From positions 96,001-160,000 of the forward strand of contig CAVYSY010000006.1 in NCBI GenBank assembly GCA_963771175.1: a DNA stretch of 64,000 nucleotides, in the 5' to 3' direction. Of the stretch, positions 33,182 to 43,206 are shown one piece after another (within the stretch, counting starts at the first letter, position 1; every line of letters starts with the position of its first letter). The notes beneath the pieces are model-generated. The model had not been told where the DNA came from. It did not search any database and saw only the letters and a program-made list of their open reading frames with translations. This stretch comes from an uncultured delta proteobacterium (GTDB lineage: Bacteria; Myxococcota; Myxococcia; Myxococcales; Myxococcaceae). The translations under genes and the position numbers were made by a program.

Positions 33182-33240
33182 GGCCCCGCTCTAGCACGGG
33201 GAGGAGGGAGCCCCGAGCACCCTCCGCCAGGAGTGAACAG

Positions 33241-33420
33241 TCAGTCTCGCGGCTCGTGCGGGGGATAGGCGATCGGCTTGCCGGGGCCGGGGGCGTCATC
33301 CGGCAGGTTGCCGATGTGCCCGGGCGTGGGCACGGGGCCGCTCTCCCGCCTGCGCGCTTGAGCTCCTCCTCGTCGTCGGGAAGCCGGGGCTCGTGCTTCG
33401 GCCTGCTCGTGCTCACCCAT
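33241..33420 (-). CDS. Small hypothetical protein; frameshifted
   Basis: GGGAGG RBS, then MGEHE...[15 protein letters not shown]. Confidence 0.4.
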   Translation of the reverse strand: MGEHEQAEARAPASRRRGGAQARRRESGPVPTPGHIGNLPDDAPGPGKPIAYPPHEPRD

Positions 33421-33497
33421 GGTGCGTCCTCCCTTGTCCTGCTCAACGCTAGGGAGCACTCCGACAGCATGGCGCGCGGCAGGCCCGGGACGGCGCG

Positions 33498-34369
33498 CCC
33501 AGGACCTGCGCGGCCTGGGGGCGGCGCCAGCTCGGTGCGCACGTCCCACAGCTCCGGGAAGAAGCGCAGGTCCAACGCCTTGCGCAGGAAGCCCACGCCC
33601 GAGGAGCCGCCCGTGCCCTGCTTGAAGCCGATGATGCGCTGCACCGTCATCATGTGGCGGTAGCGCCAGAGCTGGAAGCGCTCCTCGACGTCCACCAGCT
33701 TCTCGGCCATCTCGTAGGCGTCCCAGTGCTGCTCGGTGTTCTCGTAGATGCGGCGGAACACCTCCATCACCTGCGGCGCTCTTCTCGTAGGGCTGGCGCC
33801 AGTCGCGCTCCACGCGGTCGGCGGGCACCGGCGTGGCCCTTGCGCGCCAGGTAGCGCAGGAACTCGTCGTACACGCTGGGCGAGCTCCAGGCAGCCGCTC
33901 CAGCTCCGCGTGCACGCGCGGGCATGTGCTTGAAGGGCGCGAGCGCCTGCTCGTCCTTGTTGCCCAGCAGGAACTCCACCGCGCGGTACTGGTAGCTCTG
34001 GAAGCCCGAGGCCGGCCCCAGCGCGTCGCGGAACTCGAGGTACTCGTTGGGCGTGAGCGTCTCCAGCACGCTCCACTGCTCGAAGAGCATCCGCTGGATG
34101 TGCCCCACGCGCGCGAAAATCTTGAACGAGGGCTCCAGCTTGTCCGCCTGGATGTAGCGGATGCACGGCGGCGTCAGCTCGTGGATGAGCAGCTTCATCC
34201 ACAGCTCGCTCGTCTGGTGCTGGATGATGAAGAGCAGCTCGTCGTGGTGCGGCGGCTGCGAGCGCGGCACCTGCGCGGCCAGCAGCCGGTCCAGCTGCAG
34301 GTAGTCGCCGTACGTGGTCCGTCCGGCCAGCTCGGTGTGGATGCCGGGTTCCAGCTCGCGCTTGTTCAT
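33498..34369 (-). CDS. kynA: Tryptophan 2,3-dioxygenase; several frameshifts, 3' end approximate
   Basis: [42 protein letters not shown] and FFPELW. Confidence 0.93.
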
Positions 34370-34500
34370 GCGGCATCATGACCGGAATGCACGGAGCACG
34401 CACCGCCGGGCCGCACGACACCGGCGTCCCGTCCGCAGCGGCGGAGCGAGGGCCCGCACGCCCGGACTCCCACCGCGAGCCGGGGAGGGTGCGAGCGCGG

Positions 34501-35030
34501 CTACCCCAGCGTCGCGCTGCGTCTGCCCGGCCTCGGCCAGCGCCTTGGACGGCGGCGCGGCCGCGCGGCAGCTTCAGGTCCTCCACGCTGTTGGGCTGCG
34601 GCGTAGTCCTTCCACGCGGCCGGGCGGCGGTCCGTCTTCTCCAGCATGCGCAGCTTCTGGTAGTGCGCCGCGCAGTAGCCCTTGGTGCGGCTGGGCTTGC
34701 CGCAGTCCATGATGGCGCACTCGCGCGCCCCGCCCTCGGCCGCCGGCTTGCGGCCGCGCCGCTTGCCACCCGCCGCCGCCGCGGGAGCCGGAGCCGCGGC
34801 CGCGGGCCGGACGGCCCGGGCCCCGCCGGACCGGCGCGCGCCGCCGCGCACGCGCCGACCGGCGCCCGCCGAACGCATCGGCCAGCGGCGCCAGCCGCTC
34901 CGCCACGTTGCGCAGGCTGTCGAGGTCCGCCGTGCCCGCCTCCAGGCGCGACACCACGTCGCGCAGCGGCTTGAGCTGCGACCTCGATTTCGTTGCGAAT
35001 CATCTCACGAAACGCTTTGTCCACGGACAT
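34501..35030 (-). CDS. vegA: VegA-like histone-like vegetative protein; frameshifted
   Basis: [64 protein letters not shown] and LKLPRGRAA; matches my recollection of Myxococcus VegA. Confidence 0.8.
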
Positions 35031-35134
35031 GCTCGTCATCCTCTCTGCCGTCAGCGCTCCGAAGGGGCCGTCCCGCTCCGGGACGGAGCATCTGAAGGGT
35101 TGGGCAGATGGGGCTGCTTACAAGCACAGGCCCT

Positions 35135-35195
35135 CCATAACTCCACAGATACACGACTTGTCGATGAAAATTAATAAAAGGATGCGTACTACGCA
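35135..35195 (-). promoter_or_regulatory. Putative vegA promoter region
   Basis: AT-rich tract followed by a TCGACA -35-like hexamer on the minus strand; TGCGTA-C-TACGCA palindrome at 35183-35195. Confidence 0.3.
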
Positions 35196-35293
35196 GCCTT
35201 GGTCGAGCGGCCCCACCTATGGACATGGCGTTCAGCGCGCGGAGCCCCCCGCGCATTTCCAACGACAAAGCCTCGCGGGTGCGCCGCCAGCGC

Positions 35294-35690
35294 CTACGAG
35301 GTCCAGGGCCTCCTGCTCATCCAGCGCGGCGGCCGAGGCGGGGGAAGACGTGCACCTCCACGCCCTGCACGTGCGCCACCACCACGTCCTCCAGCGCCAT
35401 GAGCCGCGCGAGCCACTCCAGGCTCCCGCCGGGGAGCAGCTCCAGCTCGGCCATCAGCTCGCGCATGGCGAGGTGGTCCTCGGCCTCCTGCAGGGCCCGC
35501 GCGCGCCCCTCCACCCGCACGACCAGCGGGTAGCAGGTGACGCTCCTCGCAGCCGCGCGTGCAGCCGCAGCGCCTCGAGCAGCTCCCGCTACCCGCTCCG
35601 CCAACGGCGCCGTGCCCTGCACCGCCTCCAGCGACTCGAAGCACTCCTCCAGCTCCCGTTGCTTCCCGACAGGATGTCGAATGGCCCCAT
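35294..35690 (-). CDS. Hemerythrin/HHE-like protein; frameshifted, ends approximate
   Basis: MGPFDIL..., YP, EDH and AHVQGVEVHVFP helical pattern. Confidence 0.55.
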
Positions 35691-35893
35691 GGCCCCTCAA
35701 CCATCGGCACCCCACCCGGGGCGGACAACCACCAGGCGGGGCCACCTCCAGCGCGCCGCGCTCCCCCGCCTCCCTGGCAGGCGTTGAACGGGCAAGGCCA
35801 TACAACTCTCTCGGTTGACGAGAAGGTGGCGGGCAGGCGAGCGGGCGCGGGTGTGTCATCCGAGCGGGGCATCGCCATCTTCAGACCCCGTGG

Positions 35894-36618
35894 ATGCCTG
35901 CCCAGAGCCTCGCGCAACGCGCCGTGTTCCGCTTCGCCGAGACGGGCGCGGCGCTCTCCGCCCGCTACCACCGCGCCCGGCTGCTGGGCGCCGAGCACCT
36001 GCCCGCCCGACGGGCCGGTGCTGCTGGTGGGCAACCACGGCCTGTGGGGTTACGAGACGCCCGCCTTCTTCCACCTGATACACCGGGCCACCGGCCGCTA
36101 CCCGCTGGGGCTCGCCGAGCGCGGCTTCTTCCGCATCCCGCTGGTGCGCACGGTGCTGCCGTGGCTGGGCGGGCGTGGAGGGCACGCGGGAGAACGCGTT
36201 GGCACCGCTGAGGCAGGGACACCTCGTCGTCTGCTACCCGGGCGGCGCGCGGGAGACCTTCAAGAAGCCCGCAGCACCACTACACGCTGCGCTGGGAGAG
36301 GACGCTGGGCTTCGTGCGGCTCGCCGCCGCAGGCCGGCGTGCCGATCGTCCCCTTCGCGGGCTTCGGCGTGGACGACACCTTCCTCTGCCCCGGGCGACG
36401 AGCGGCTGTGCGTGCCGCTCGCGCCCGGGGAGAAGTACCGGATGCCGCTGGTGCATCGGCCTGGGTCCGCTGCCCCTGCCGGTGCAGCTCACCTTCGCGG
36501 TGGGCGAGCCACTGCAGCCGCCCCCCGCGGACGCCCCCGAGTCCCGACTGCCATCACTTCCGCGACCGCGTGGCCGCACACCGTGCGGCGCCTGCTCGAC
36601 CGAGCCTGCCATGCTTGA
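35894..36618 (+). CDS. Lysophospholipid/DAG acyltransferase family protein; several frameshifts
   Basis: GPVLLVGNHG, YPGGARE and AGVPIVP. Confidence 0.8.
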
Positions 36619-37504
36619 GGATACCCTTCCCGCCATGCGCCCCCCTTCCGCCAGGCACCGGCTCGTCCCCGCGCCCGAGGACATCCAGCAGGGCTACGAG
36701 CTGCCCTGCGAGCAGCGGCTGGTGCGCGGGGCCGCACGGTGCGCCTCTTCACCTTCCCGGATGGCAGCCAGGACGCAGGCGCGCACCGTGCTGTGCCTGC
36801 CGGGACTGGGCGCCTCGGGCCGCTCGTTCGCGCCCATGCGCCGCTGGCGCCCGAATGCGCGCTTCCTCCTGTGGACGCCGCCGCTGCGCACGCCCATGAC
36901 GCACACGCCGCTCCAGTGGAACCTCGCCGTCGCTGGCGGCACCCGGAGGCGCGGCTGCCCGAGCGCTTCGCGCTGGTGGGCTCCTCCTTCGGCAGCCTGG
37001 TGTCGCTCGCCTTCGCGCTGGCGCACCCCGAGCGGGTGAAGGCGCTGGTGCTGGTGTCACCGGTGGCCAGCGTGCACCGCGTGCGGCGCTGGGCGCTGGC
37101 GCCTGTCCACGCTGGTGCGCATGCCCAAGCCCCTCGCCTACCTGTTCGCCCCCACGGTGGCGCGGCGTGCTGGGCGGGCGCGCACCTGCCGCCCGAGGGC
37201 CGCGCGGAAATCGTCCGCGAGGCGCGCCGGCTCTCCCCGCTGGAGCTGCTGCGGCGGCTGCGAGGACATGCTCGCGCGCGGACTACCTGGAGGACCTCGA
37301 GCAGCCTGCGCGTGCCCACGCTCATCCTCCAGGGCGCCCGGGACCTGCTGGTGCCGCTGTCGGCACGCGCGGGACGTGGCCGCGCGGATTCCGGGCGCGC
37401 GCCTGGAGGTGCTCCGCGAGGCGAGCCACCTGCCGTACATGAGCCACCCGCAGGCCTTCAATGCCTTCGTGGACGACTTCCTCTCCCGACACGCCTCGGG
37501 CTAG
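36611..37504 (+). CDS. Alpha/beta hydrolase; several frameshifts
   Basis: PGLG, GSSFG nucleophile elbow, PTLILQGARD and SHLPY. Confidence 0.8.
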
Positions 37505-37899
37505 GGCCGCAGCGCCTTCTTCACCGCTCCGGCGACGCGGAGGACGAGCTCCAGCCCCGAGTGGGCGAGCACCCAGAAGGTGGTCGTCGCGACCTTGAGC
37601 CGCACCTTCCACTTCGGCGCGCCCTCGCGGACCAGCTTGTGCATGTGCTCGAGCGCGTCACCCACCTGCTCGTTGGAGATCCGCGCGGGCACGTACGTGC
37701 AGAGCACGTCGAAGGTGCGCTGCGCGCGAACGATGACCGAGGGTGGCTCGGGAGGAGGAATCGGGGGACGGCTCTTCTGGACGGGAACGAGCGCCTCGGT
37801 GAACACGGAGCGGCGCGAGCTCGTCAACCCATCCTCGTAGTCCCCATCCAGGGAGAACGCATCCAACACGGGCAACTTCGGGCGATGGTCATCATCCAT
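37501..37899 (-). CDS. Hypothetical protein downstream of PadR
   Basis: Abuts the padR stop; contains NEQVGDALE. Confidence 0.6.
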   Translation of the reverse strand: MDDDHRPKLPVLDAFSLDGDYEDGLTSSRRSVFTEALVPVQKSRPPIPPPEPPSVIVRAQRTFDVLCTYVPARISNEQVGDALEHMHKLVREGAPKWKVRLKVATTTFWVLAHSGLELVLRVAGAVKKALRP

Positions 37900-38211
37900 T
37901 CAGATTGCCTCCGCGGGTTGCAACAGGTTGAGCAAGGCCGTCCGCTGTTCCCTGGCCACACGCCGCCCTTCCCCCGTCAGCTCGTAGTACCGCCTGGGTC
38001 GCCCCCCTCGCTCGGGAAGGGGCTCGCCGTCGTAGCTGCGCAGGAACCCGTCCCGCTCCAGCGCCTTGAGCGCCGGATACACCGACCCCTCGTTCAGGAG
38101 AATCTTCCCCTGCGTCCTCTCCCGGACCCGCTCGATGATCTCCAGCCCGAACCCCCTCCCCCCGATCAGCGACATCAGGATGGCTGTCCTAGCGGAAATC
38201 GGAGTGTCCAT
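37900..38211 (-). CDS. PadR-family transcriptional regulator
   Basis: GFGLEII, GSVYPALKALERDG and RRYYELT. Confidence 0.93.
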   Translation of the reverse strand: MDTPISARTAILMSLIGGRGFGLEIIERVRERTQGKILLNEGSVYPALKALERDGFLRSYDGEPLPERGGRPRRYYELTGEGRRVAREQRTALLNLLQPAEAI

Positions 38212-38279
38212 GGACCGCAAGGGTAACCGGAAAAACGTGGAGCGCAACCTAGAAACTTGAGGTTGCTCCCCTTGAAGGC

Positions 38280-38591
38280 TCAAGCCGAGAGCGCGAGGCG
38301 CGAGCACGGCCGGAGGGACTCCTCCTCCCGGGGAGGATTGGGGGGGCGAGGCCCGCGGGGGCTCGCGGGCAGCCGACTCGGAACCAGCACGGCCCGGCGC
38401 GACGAGGTGATTCCGTCCTCCAGGTCGTCCCACAGGTCCGCGCCAGGCCCTCCCGGCGGGAGCTTCTCGGCCCATGGGCTCTTCGGCGTCATCTCAACCA
38501 CCTGAACACCTCCCTGGGCTGCGGCGTTGATGGCCAACACCGTATCCTCAAGCCTTGAGGATTGCATTTTTCCACTCGTGCTGTCCTTCAT
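38280..38591 (-). CDS. Hypothetical protein
   Basis: GGGGAAGG RBS; 103-aa ORF with no recognised motif. Confidence 0.35.
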   Translation of the reverse strand: MKDSTSGKMQSSRLEDTVLAINAAAQGGVQVVEMTPKSPWAEKLPPGGPGADLWDDLEDGITSSRRAVLVPSRLPASPRGPRPPNPPREEESLRPCSRLALSA

Positions 38592-38799
38592 CGGCCTTCC
38601 CCCTTGCGGTGTATACGGACCAGTGGCGCTGAACGGTTTTTCCTATTCAGAATCCAACACGTCCCGGCGAGTCCTGGCCGAGCCGAGGAGTCCTCGGGGC
38701 CGGCAAGGACGGTTGAAGACCAGACAACCTGACCGGAGCGCCCGCCCCCTCCCGAGGCTTGTCGCCGCCCCCGAATGGGGATACCCCTGACGCCCGCCC

Positions 38800-39135
38800 A
38801 TGCACCGCGCCCCGCCCATGCTGCTCGCGCTCGCCCTCGTCCTGCTGCTGGGCGGGACAGGGGCGCTCGTGCCGCGGGGCGACTGCGAGGAAGCCTGCGC
38901 GGATTGCCGTGAAGACACCGGAACCACGCAGGAGGGTGTACCCGATGGGGGTGACACCTCCTGCGCTCCCTCGTGCCTGACCTGCCCCTGTGGCCGCATG
39001 GTGTCCCCCCTGCTCGTGGAAGCGCCCTCGCTCCCCCTGGTCCTGCCTCGACTCGTGCGCGGCGGGTGGACGGAACCCTTGCCTCCACCCGCCAATCCCC
39101 ACGCGCGAGCTGTATTTCAGCCTCCCCGAGGCTGA
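38800..39135 (+). CDS. Cys-rich exported leader protein (DUF2946/CutF/CruR-like)
   Basis: Hydrophobic N-terminus, CEEACADC, CAPSCLTCPC and C-terminal VFQPPRG. Confidence 0.7.
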   Translation: MHRAPPMLLALALVLLLGGTGALVPRGDCEEACADCREDTGTTQEGVPDGGDTSCAPSCLTCPCGRMVSPLLVEAPSLPLVLPRLVRGGWTEPLPPPANPHARAVFQPPRG

Positions 39136-39248
39136 CTTTCAAGATTCCGACTCATCTGGTTTTGCGGACTTTGAACTCCACGGATGTTTCCAGTGGGTTC
39201 GTCCCTCTCCCCCTTTTCTTTCGCCAGGGCGCGAGCCCTCGCGGAGGG

Positions 39249-39887
39249 ATGACCATGCGTTTGATGAAGACCCTGAGCCTCCTGGGTGGCCTCGCCGCCG
39301 CCGGGTGTGCCAGCACCTCGCCCCACGGCAACCTCAGCGCCCTCAGCGTCGCCTCCTCCCAGGACGCGGCCTTCTGCCAGCACCGCGTCCCCCAGGAGAA
39401 CTGCACCCGCTGCCACCCCGAGCTCGTCCCCCGCTTCCAGGCCGCGAGGGACTGGTGCGGCGAGCACGGCGTGCCCGAGTCCCAGTGCTTCACCTGCCAC
39501 CCGGACCTCTCCTTCGAGCCGCTCCCCGCGCTCGCCCCCGACGCGGACTTGAAGAAGCTCTCCCAGGAAGGAGAGGACGTCCCCGAGCTCGCCCCCCACG
39601 CCGTCCCCGGCAAGGTGACCGTCTTCGACTTCTACGCGGACTGGTGCCCGCCCTGCCGCAAGGTGGATGCCCACATGTTCGGCCTGCTCAACACACGCGG
39701 GGACATCGCCTACCGCAAGCTCAACGTCGTCTCGTGGGACTCGCCGCTGGCCAGGCGCCACCTCGGGCAGGTGGAGAACCTGCCCTACCTCATCATCTAT
39801 GGGAGGGACGGGAAGCTCGTGCGCGCCATCAACGGCTTCGACCTGGGCGCGCTGGATGCGGCCATCACCGAGGGGAGCGCGCGATGA
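39249..39887 (+). CDS. Lipoprotein with two CxxCH repeats and a thioredoxin domain
   Basis: GGAGG RBS, AAGC lipobox, CTRCHP, CFTCHP and DFYADWCPPC. Confidence 0.88.
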   Translation: MTMRLMKTLSLLGGLAAAGCASTSPHGNLSALSVASSQDAAFCQHRVPQENCTRCHPELVPRFQAARDWCGEHGVPESQCFTCHPDLSFEPLPALAPDADLKKLSQEGEDVPELAPHAVPGKVTVFDFYADWCPPCRKVDAHMFGLLNTRGDIAYRKLNVVSWDSPLARRHLGQVENLPYLIIYGRDGKLVRAINGFDLGALDAAITEGSAR

Positions 39888-40897
39888 GATGGGTGGCCGT
39901 GGCCGTGGGGCTGCTCGGGCTCGCCATTCCCAACCGCGCCGCCGCCTGCGCGGGTTGAAGCAATCCCAACCTCCCGGTCGGGAGGGACACCGTTTCCATG
40001 CTACGCGCCGGAGAGACCGGCGTGTCCCTGTCCACCCTCGTCACCGACGTGCGCGTGGTGCACCCGTCCGCATGCCCGGACATCGGCCCCATCTGCCAGG
40101 TGCGCGACGAGCCCCCGCAGCTCCATGACCAGCGCTTCACCATCGCCGAGCTGCGCGCCACCCTGGAGCACGCCCTCACCGATACCTTCGGTCTAGAGGT
40201 ACAGCTGCCCCTGCGCAGCCAGCGCACCACCGTGCGCTTCACCGCGTTGGATGGCACGCCCCTGGCGCTCGACTACGAGAACATCCACCACCGGAACGAG
40301 ACGCTCTTCGGCCTTGGAGACCCGTGGGTGCTGGGGCGCTACGCGGGGCGGCTCGGTGGCGTGGGGCTGGCGGCCCGGGCGGGCTTCACCGTGCCGCTCG
40401 GGAGCACCGTGGAGGACCCCTTCGCCCTCGGCGCCGCCGGACTCCCCCACCAGCACGTGCAGTTCGGCACCGGCACCGTGCAACCCCTGCTCGGGCTGGA
40501 GGCCTCGCGCACCTGGGGGAAGTGGGGCGCCCGCGCCTGGGGCCAGGCCCAGCTCTCACTCGTGGAGAACCGCTTCGGCTATCGCGCCGGCCACCGCTTC
40601 GCCGCGGGCCTCGCCGCCGAGGGTCCCCTCGTGGGCGCCCTGCGCTTCTCCGTGGGCGCGGACGTCGCCAACGAGCAGCCCGAGCGCTGGAGCGGGCTCG
40701 TCCAGCAGGATGGCAACCTCGGCCGCACCGACGTGCTCGCGGGGACGGGGCTGGCATACCCGCTCGGACCCGTGCGGCTCGGGCTCCACCTGCGCGTGCC
40801 CGTGTACCAGCGCATCATCGGACACCACGGGCAGCTCACCTACCCGGGCATCCTCCAGCTCAACGCGGGCACCACCTTCGGCGGCACGCGACGCTGA
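39884..40897 (+). CDS. Putative selenoprotein outer-membrane beta-barrel (N-terminal CxxU; in-frame TGA at 39956-39958)
   Basis: ATG 39884 is coupled to the upstream stop. Signal peptide then C-A-G-TGA, continuing in frame into ORF 39998..40897 (GLGD, amphipathic strands, near-terminal Phe). Confidence 0.75.
39970..39985 (+). promoter_or_regulatory. Candidate bacterial SECIS hairpin
   Basis: CCTCCC-GGTC-GGGAGG; the stem begins after an 11-nt spacer following the UGA and has a G-first apical loop. Confidence 0.7.
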
Positions 40898-41072
40898 GGC
40901 CCTCCACGGCGCGCACCGGGGAAGGTCCCAGCAGACCAGCCTTCTCCGGGGCCCTCACCCACCGAGGGCCCATCGAAACGCCCTCGCGCCCGTCACCCCT
41001 GGCTTGCGAGCGCCGCGGGCCCCGCTCCACCTTCGCGGGAGGGAAGTCGTCCCGGAGTCGGAGGAGGCAACC

Positions 41073-41462
41073 ATGTGGGCTCGCGCGTCGAACATCGTCC
41101 TGGGCATCTGGCTCATCTTCGCCCCCCTCGTGCTCGGGTATGACGCGCCGGCGGCCCGGTCCAACGACATCGTCGTGGGCCTCTTCCTGGCCACGTTCGC
41201 CCTCGTCGGCGCCATCGTGGGCAAGACGCGCTATCTCATCGTGCTCGCCATCTGGCTCATCGTGGCGCCCTTCGCCCTCGGGTACGGGAACGAGCTCGCC
41301 CCCGTCCTCAATGACGTCCTCGTGGGCATCGCCTCGCTCGGCCTGTCCCTCGTGCCCCCGCACCGGCGCGAGCGGGTGACCGCGCTCCAGCGGGAACCCG
41401 CGAGCACCGAGGAGAGGTGGGGGCGGCTGGGCGTGTCGCGGCGGACCCCCACGGGGGCGTAG
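41073..41462 (+). CDS. SPW-repeat membrane protein
   Basis: GGAGG RBS; two NxxLGxWLIxAPxxLGY...NDxxVG repeats. Confidence 0.85.
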   Translation: MWARASNIVLGIWLIFAPLVLGYDAPAARSNDIVVGLFLATFALVGAIVGKTRYLIVLAIWLIVAPFALGYGNELAPVLNDVLVGIASLGLSLVPPHRRERVTALQREPASTEERWGRLGVSRRTPTGA

Positions 41463-41479
41463 CTCCCGGGCGAGCGGGT

Positions 41480-42886
41480 TCACTGCCGCCGGGCATCGTG
41501 GCCCAGCTCGCGGGCCGAGTCCTCCACGGGGTCCGGGCGCTTGTCGCGCATCGTCACGAACTCCTCGGCCGCGGTGGGATGGATGCCCACCGTCGAATCG
41601 AGCTGCTTCTTGGTGACGCCACACTTCAGCGCCACCGACAGGCCCTGGATGATTTCGGGCGCGTCCGCCCCCACCATGTGGAAGCCCAGCACCCGGCCGC
41701 TCTCGCGCTCCGCAATCACCTTCATCATCGTGCGCTCGTCCCGCCCGCTCAGCGTGTGCTTCATGGGCCGGAAGTTGGACACGTATACGTCCACGTTGCC
41801 GTAACGCTCGCGCGCCTCGGACTCGGTGCACCCCACCGTCCCCACCGGTGGCTGGCTGAACACCGCCGAGGCCACCCCCGTGTGGTCCATCTTCGTGGGG
41901 TTGTCGTGGAAGAGGGTCTCCGCCAGGGCCCGCCCCTCGGCGATGGCCACGGGCGTGAGGTTGATGCGGTCCGTCACGTCCCCCACCGCGTAGAGGCTCT
42001 CCACGCTGGAGCGAGACCACTCGTCCACCTCCACCGCGCCGCGCTCGTCCAGCCGGACGCCCACCGCCTCCAGCCCGAGCCCCCGCGTGTTGGGTACCCG
42101 CCCCGTGGCGTACAGCACCACGTCCACCTCGAGCGTGTCGCCCATGCGCGTCAGCAGGCTCAGCGTGCCGTCCGGGCGCTTCTCGATGTCTCGGATGAAG
42201 GTCTCCGGCCGCAGGTCGATGCCCTTCTTGCGCAACTCCTGGGTGAGCATCGCGCGGATGTCCTCATCGAAGCCGCGCAACACCGTGTCGCCGCGGAGGA
42301 GCATCGTCACCTTCGAGCCCAACGCGTTGAAGATGCCCGCGAACTCCACCCCGATGTAGCCCCCTCCCACGATGGCCACCCGGCGCGGCAGCTCCGGCAG
42401 GTCGAGCGCCCCGTCCGAGGAGATGGCGTGCTCGATGCCCGGTATCTCGGGGAAGAACGGACGCGAGCCCGTGGCCACCAGGATGCGCTCCGTCGTGTAG
42501 CGCTGGCCGCCCACCTCCACCGTGTGCGCGTCGACGATGCGACCCCGGCCTTCAATCAGCTGCACCCCCGTGTCCCGCAGCAGGCGCCTGTACACGCCAT
42601 CGAGCCGCGCCAGCTCCTTGTCCTTCGCCGCCTGGAGCTTCTTCCAGTCGAACGTCGGCTCCGGCACCGACCAGCCGTAGCCCGCCGCATCCTCGAAGTC
42701 CGCGTGGAAGTGGGCGCCGTAGACGAGCAGCTTCTTGGGCACGCACCCCCGGTGCACGCAGGTGCCACCAATGCGGTTGTCCTCGCAGATGGCCACGCGC
42801 GCGCCGTACGAGCCCGCGCGGCGGCTCGAGGCCACACCGCCCGAGCCCGCGCCAATGGTGAACAGGTCGAAATCGTATGGGGGCAT
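41480..42886 (-). CDS. gor: Glutathione-disulfide reductase
   Basis: GAGSGG, GGTCVHRGCVPKK, GGGYIGVEFA, LTPVA and IHPTAAEE. Confidence 0.95.
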   Translation of the reverse strand: MPPYDFDLFTIGAGSGGVASSRRAGSYGARVAICEDNRIGGTCVHRGCVPKKLLVYGAHFHADFEDAAGYGWSVPEPTFDWKKLQAAKDKELARLDGVYRRLLRDTGVQLIEGRGRIVDAHTVEVGGQRYTTERILVATGSRPFFPEIPGIEHAISSDGALDLPELPRRVAIVGGGYIGVEFAGIFNALGSKVTMLLRGDTVLRGFDEDIRAMLTQELRKKGIDLRPETFIRDIEKRPDGTLSLLTRMGDTLEVDVVLYATGRVPNTRGLGLEAVGVRLDERGAVEVDEWSRSSVESLYAVGDVTDRINLTPVAIAEGRALAETLFHDNPTKMDHTGVASAVFSQPPVGTVGCTESEARERYGNVDVYVSNFRPMKHTLSGRDERTMMKVIAERESGRVLGFHMVGADAPEIIQGLSVALKCGVTKKQLDSTVGIHPTAAEEFVTMRDKRPDPVEDSARELGHDARRQ

Positions 42887-43179
42887 GAGATGGGTTTTCC
42901 CAGAACGTCGGAGTCAGACGGCAACCTCAAAATAGGAAGCCGCCCCTGCAATCGAGTGGGAGGGCTCCCGCGATACGACGGATGCGCAACACTCCACCAC
43001 GTTCCCGTCCCATGCTCCGAGCATGATCGGACTCAACCTCCGAAGAGAGCCCGTGCAGGACGGGGCCGCCGGGCGCGCGCTCCCGCAACGGGTCCGCGGG
43101 TCGGACCCGTTCGTGAAGAGCGCGACCGGGAGGCAGGGGACCGCAGCGCACAGGAGGACCCTCCGGGCTCGGTCCGGAG

Positions 43180-43206
43180 AAACCTGTCCGACTGTCGGAC
43201 AGGTTT
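43180..43206. repeat. 27-bp palindrome (copy 2)
   Basis: Identical to 9880-9906; the similarity extends about 20 bp further (TTCAA..CGCG.CCGGGAGG). Confidence 0.9.

Noticed and set aside
32430..35039. 869-aa ORF
   Set aside because: A chimera of vegA, kynA and hypothetical fragments joined by indels.
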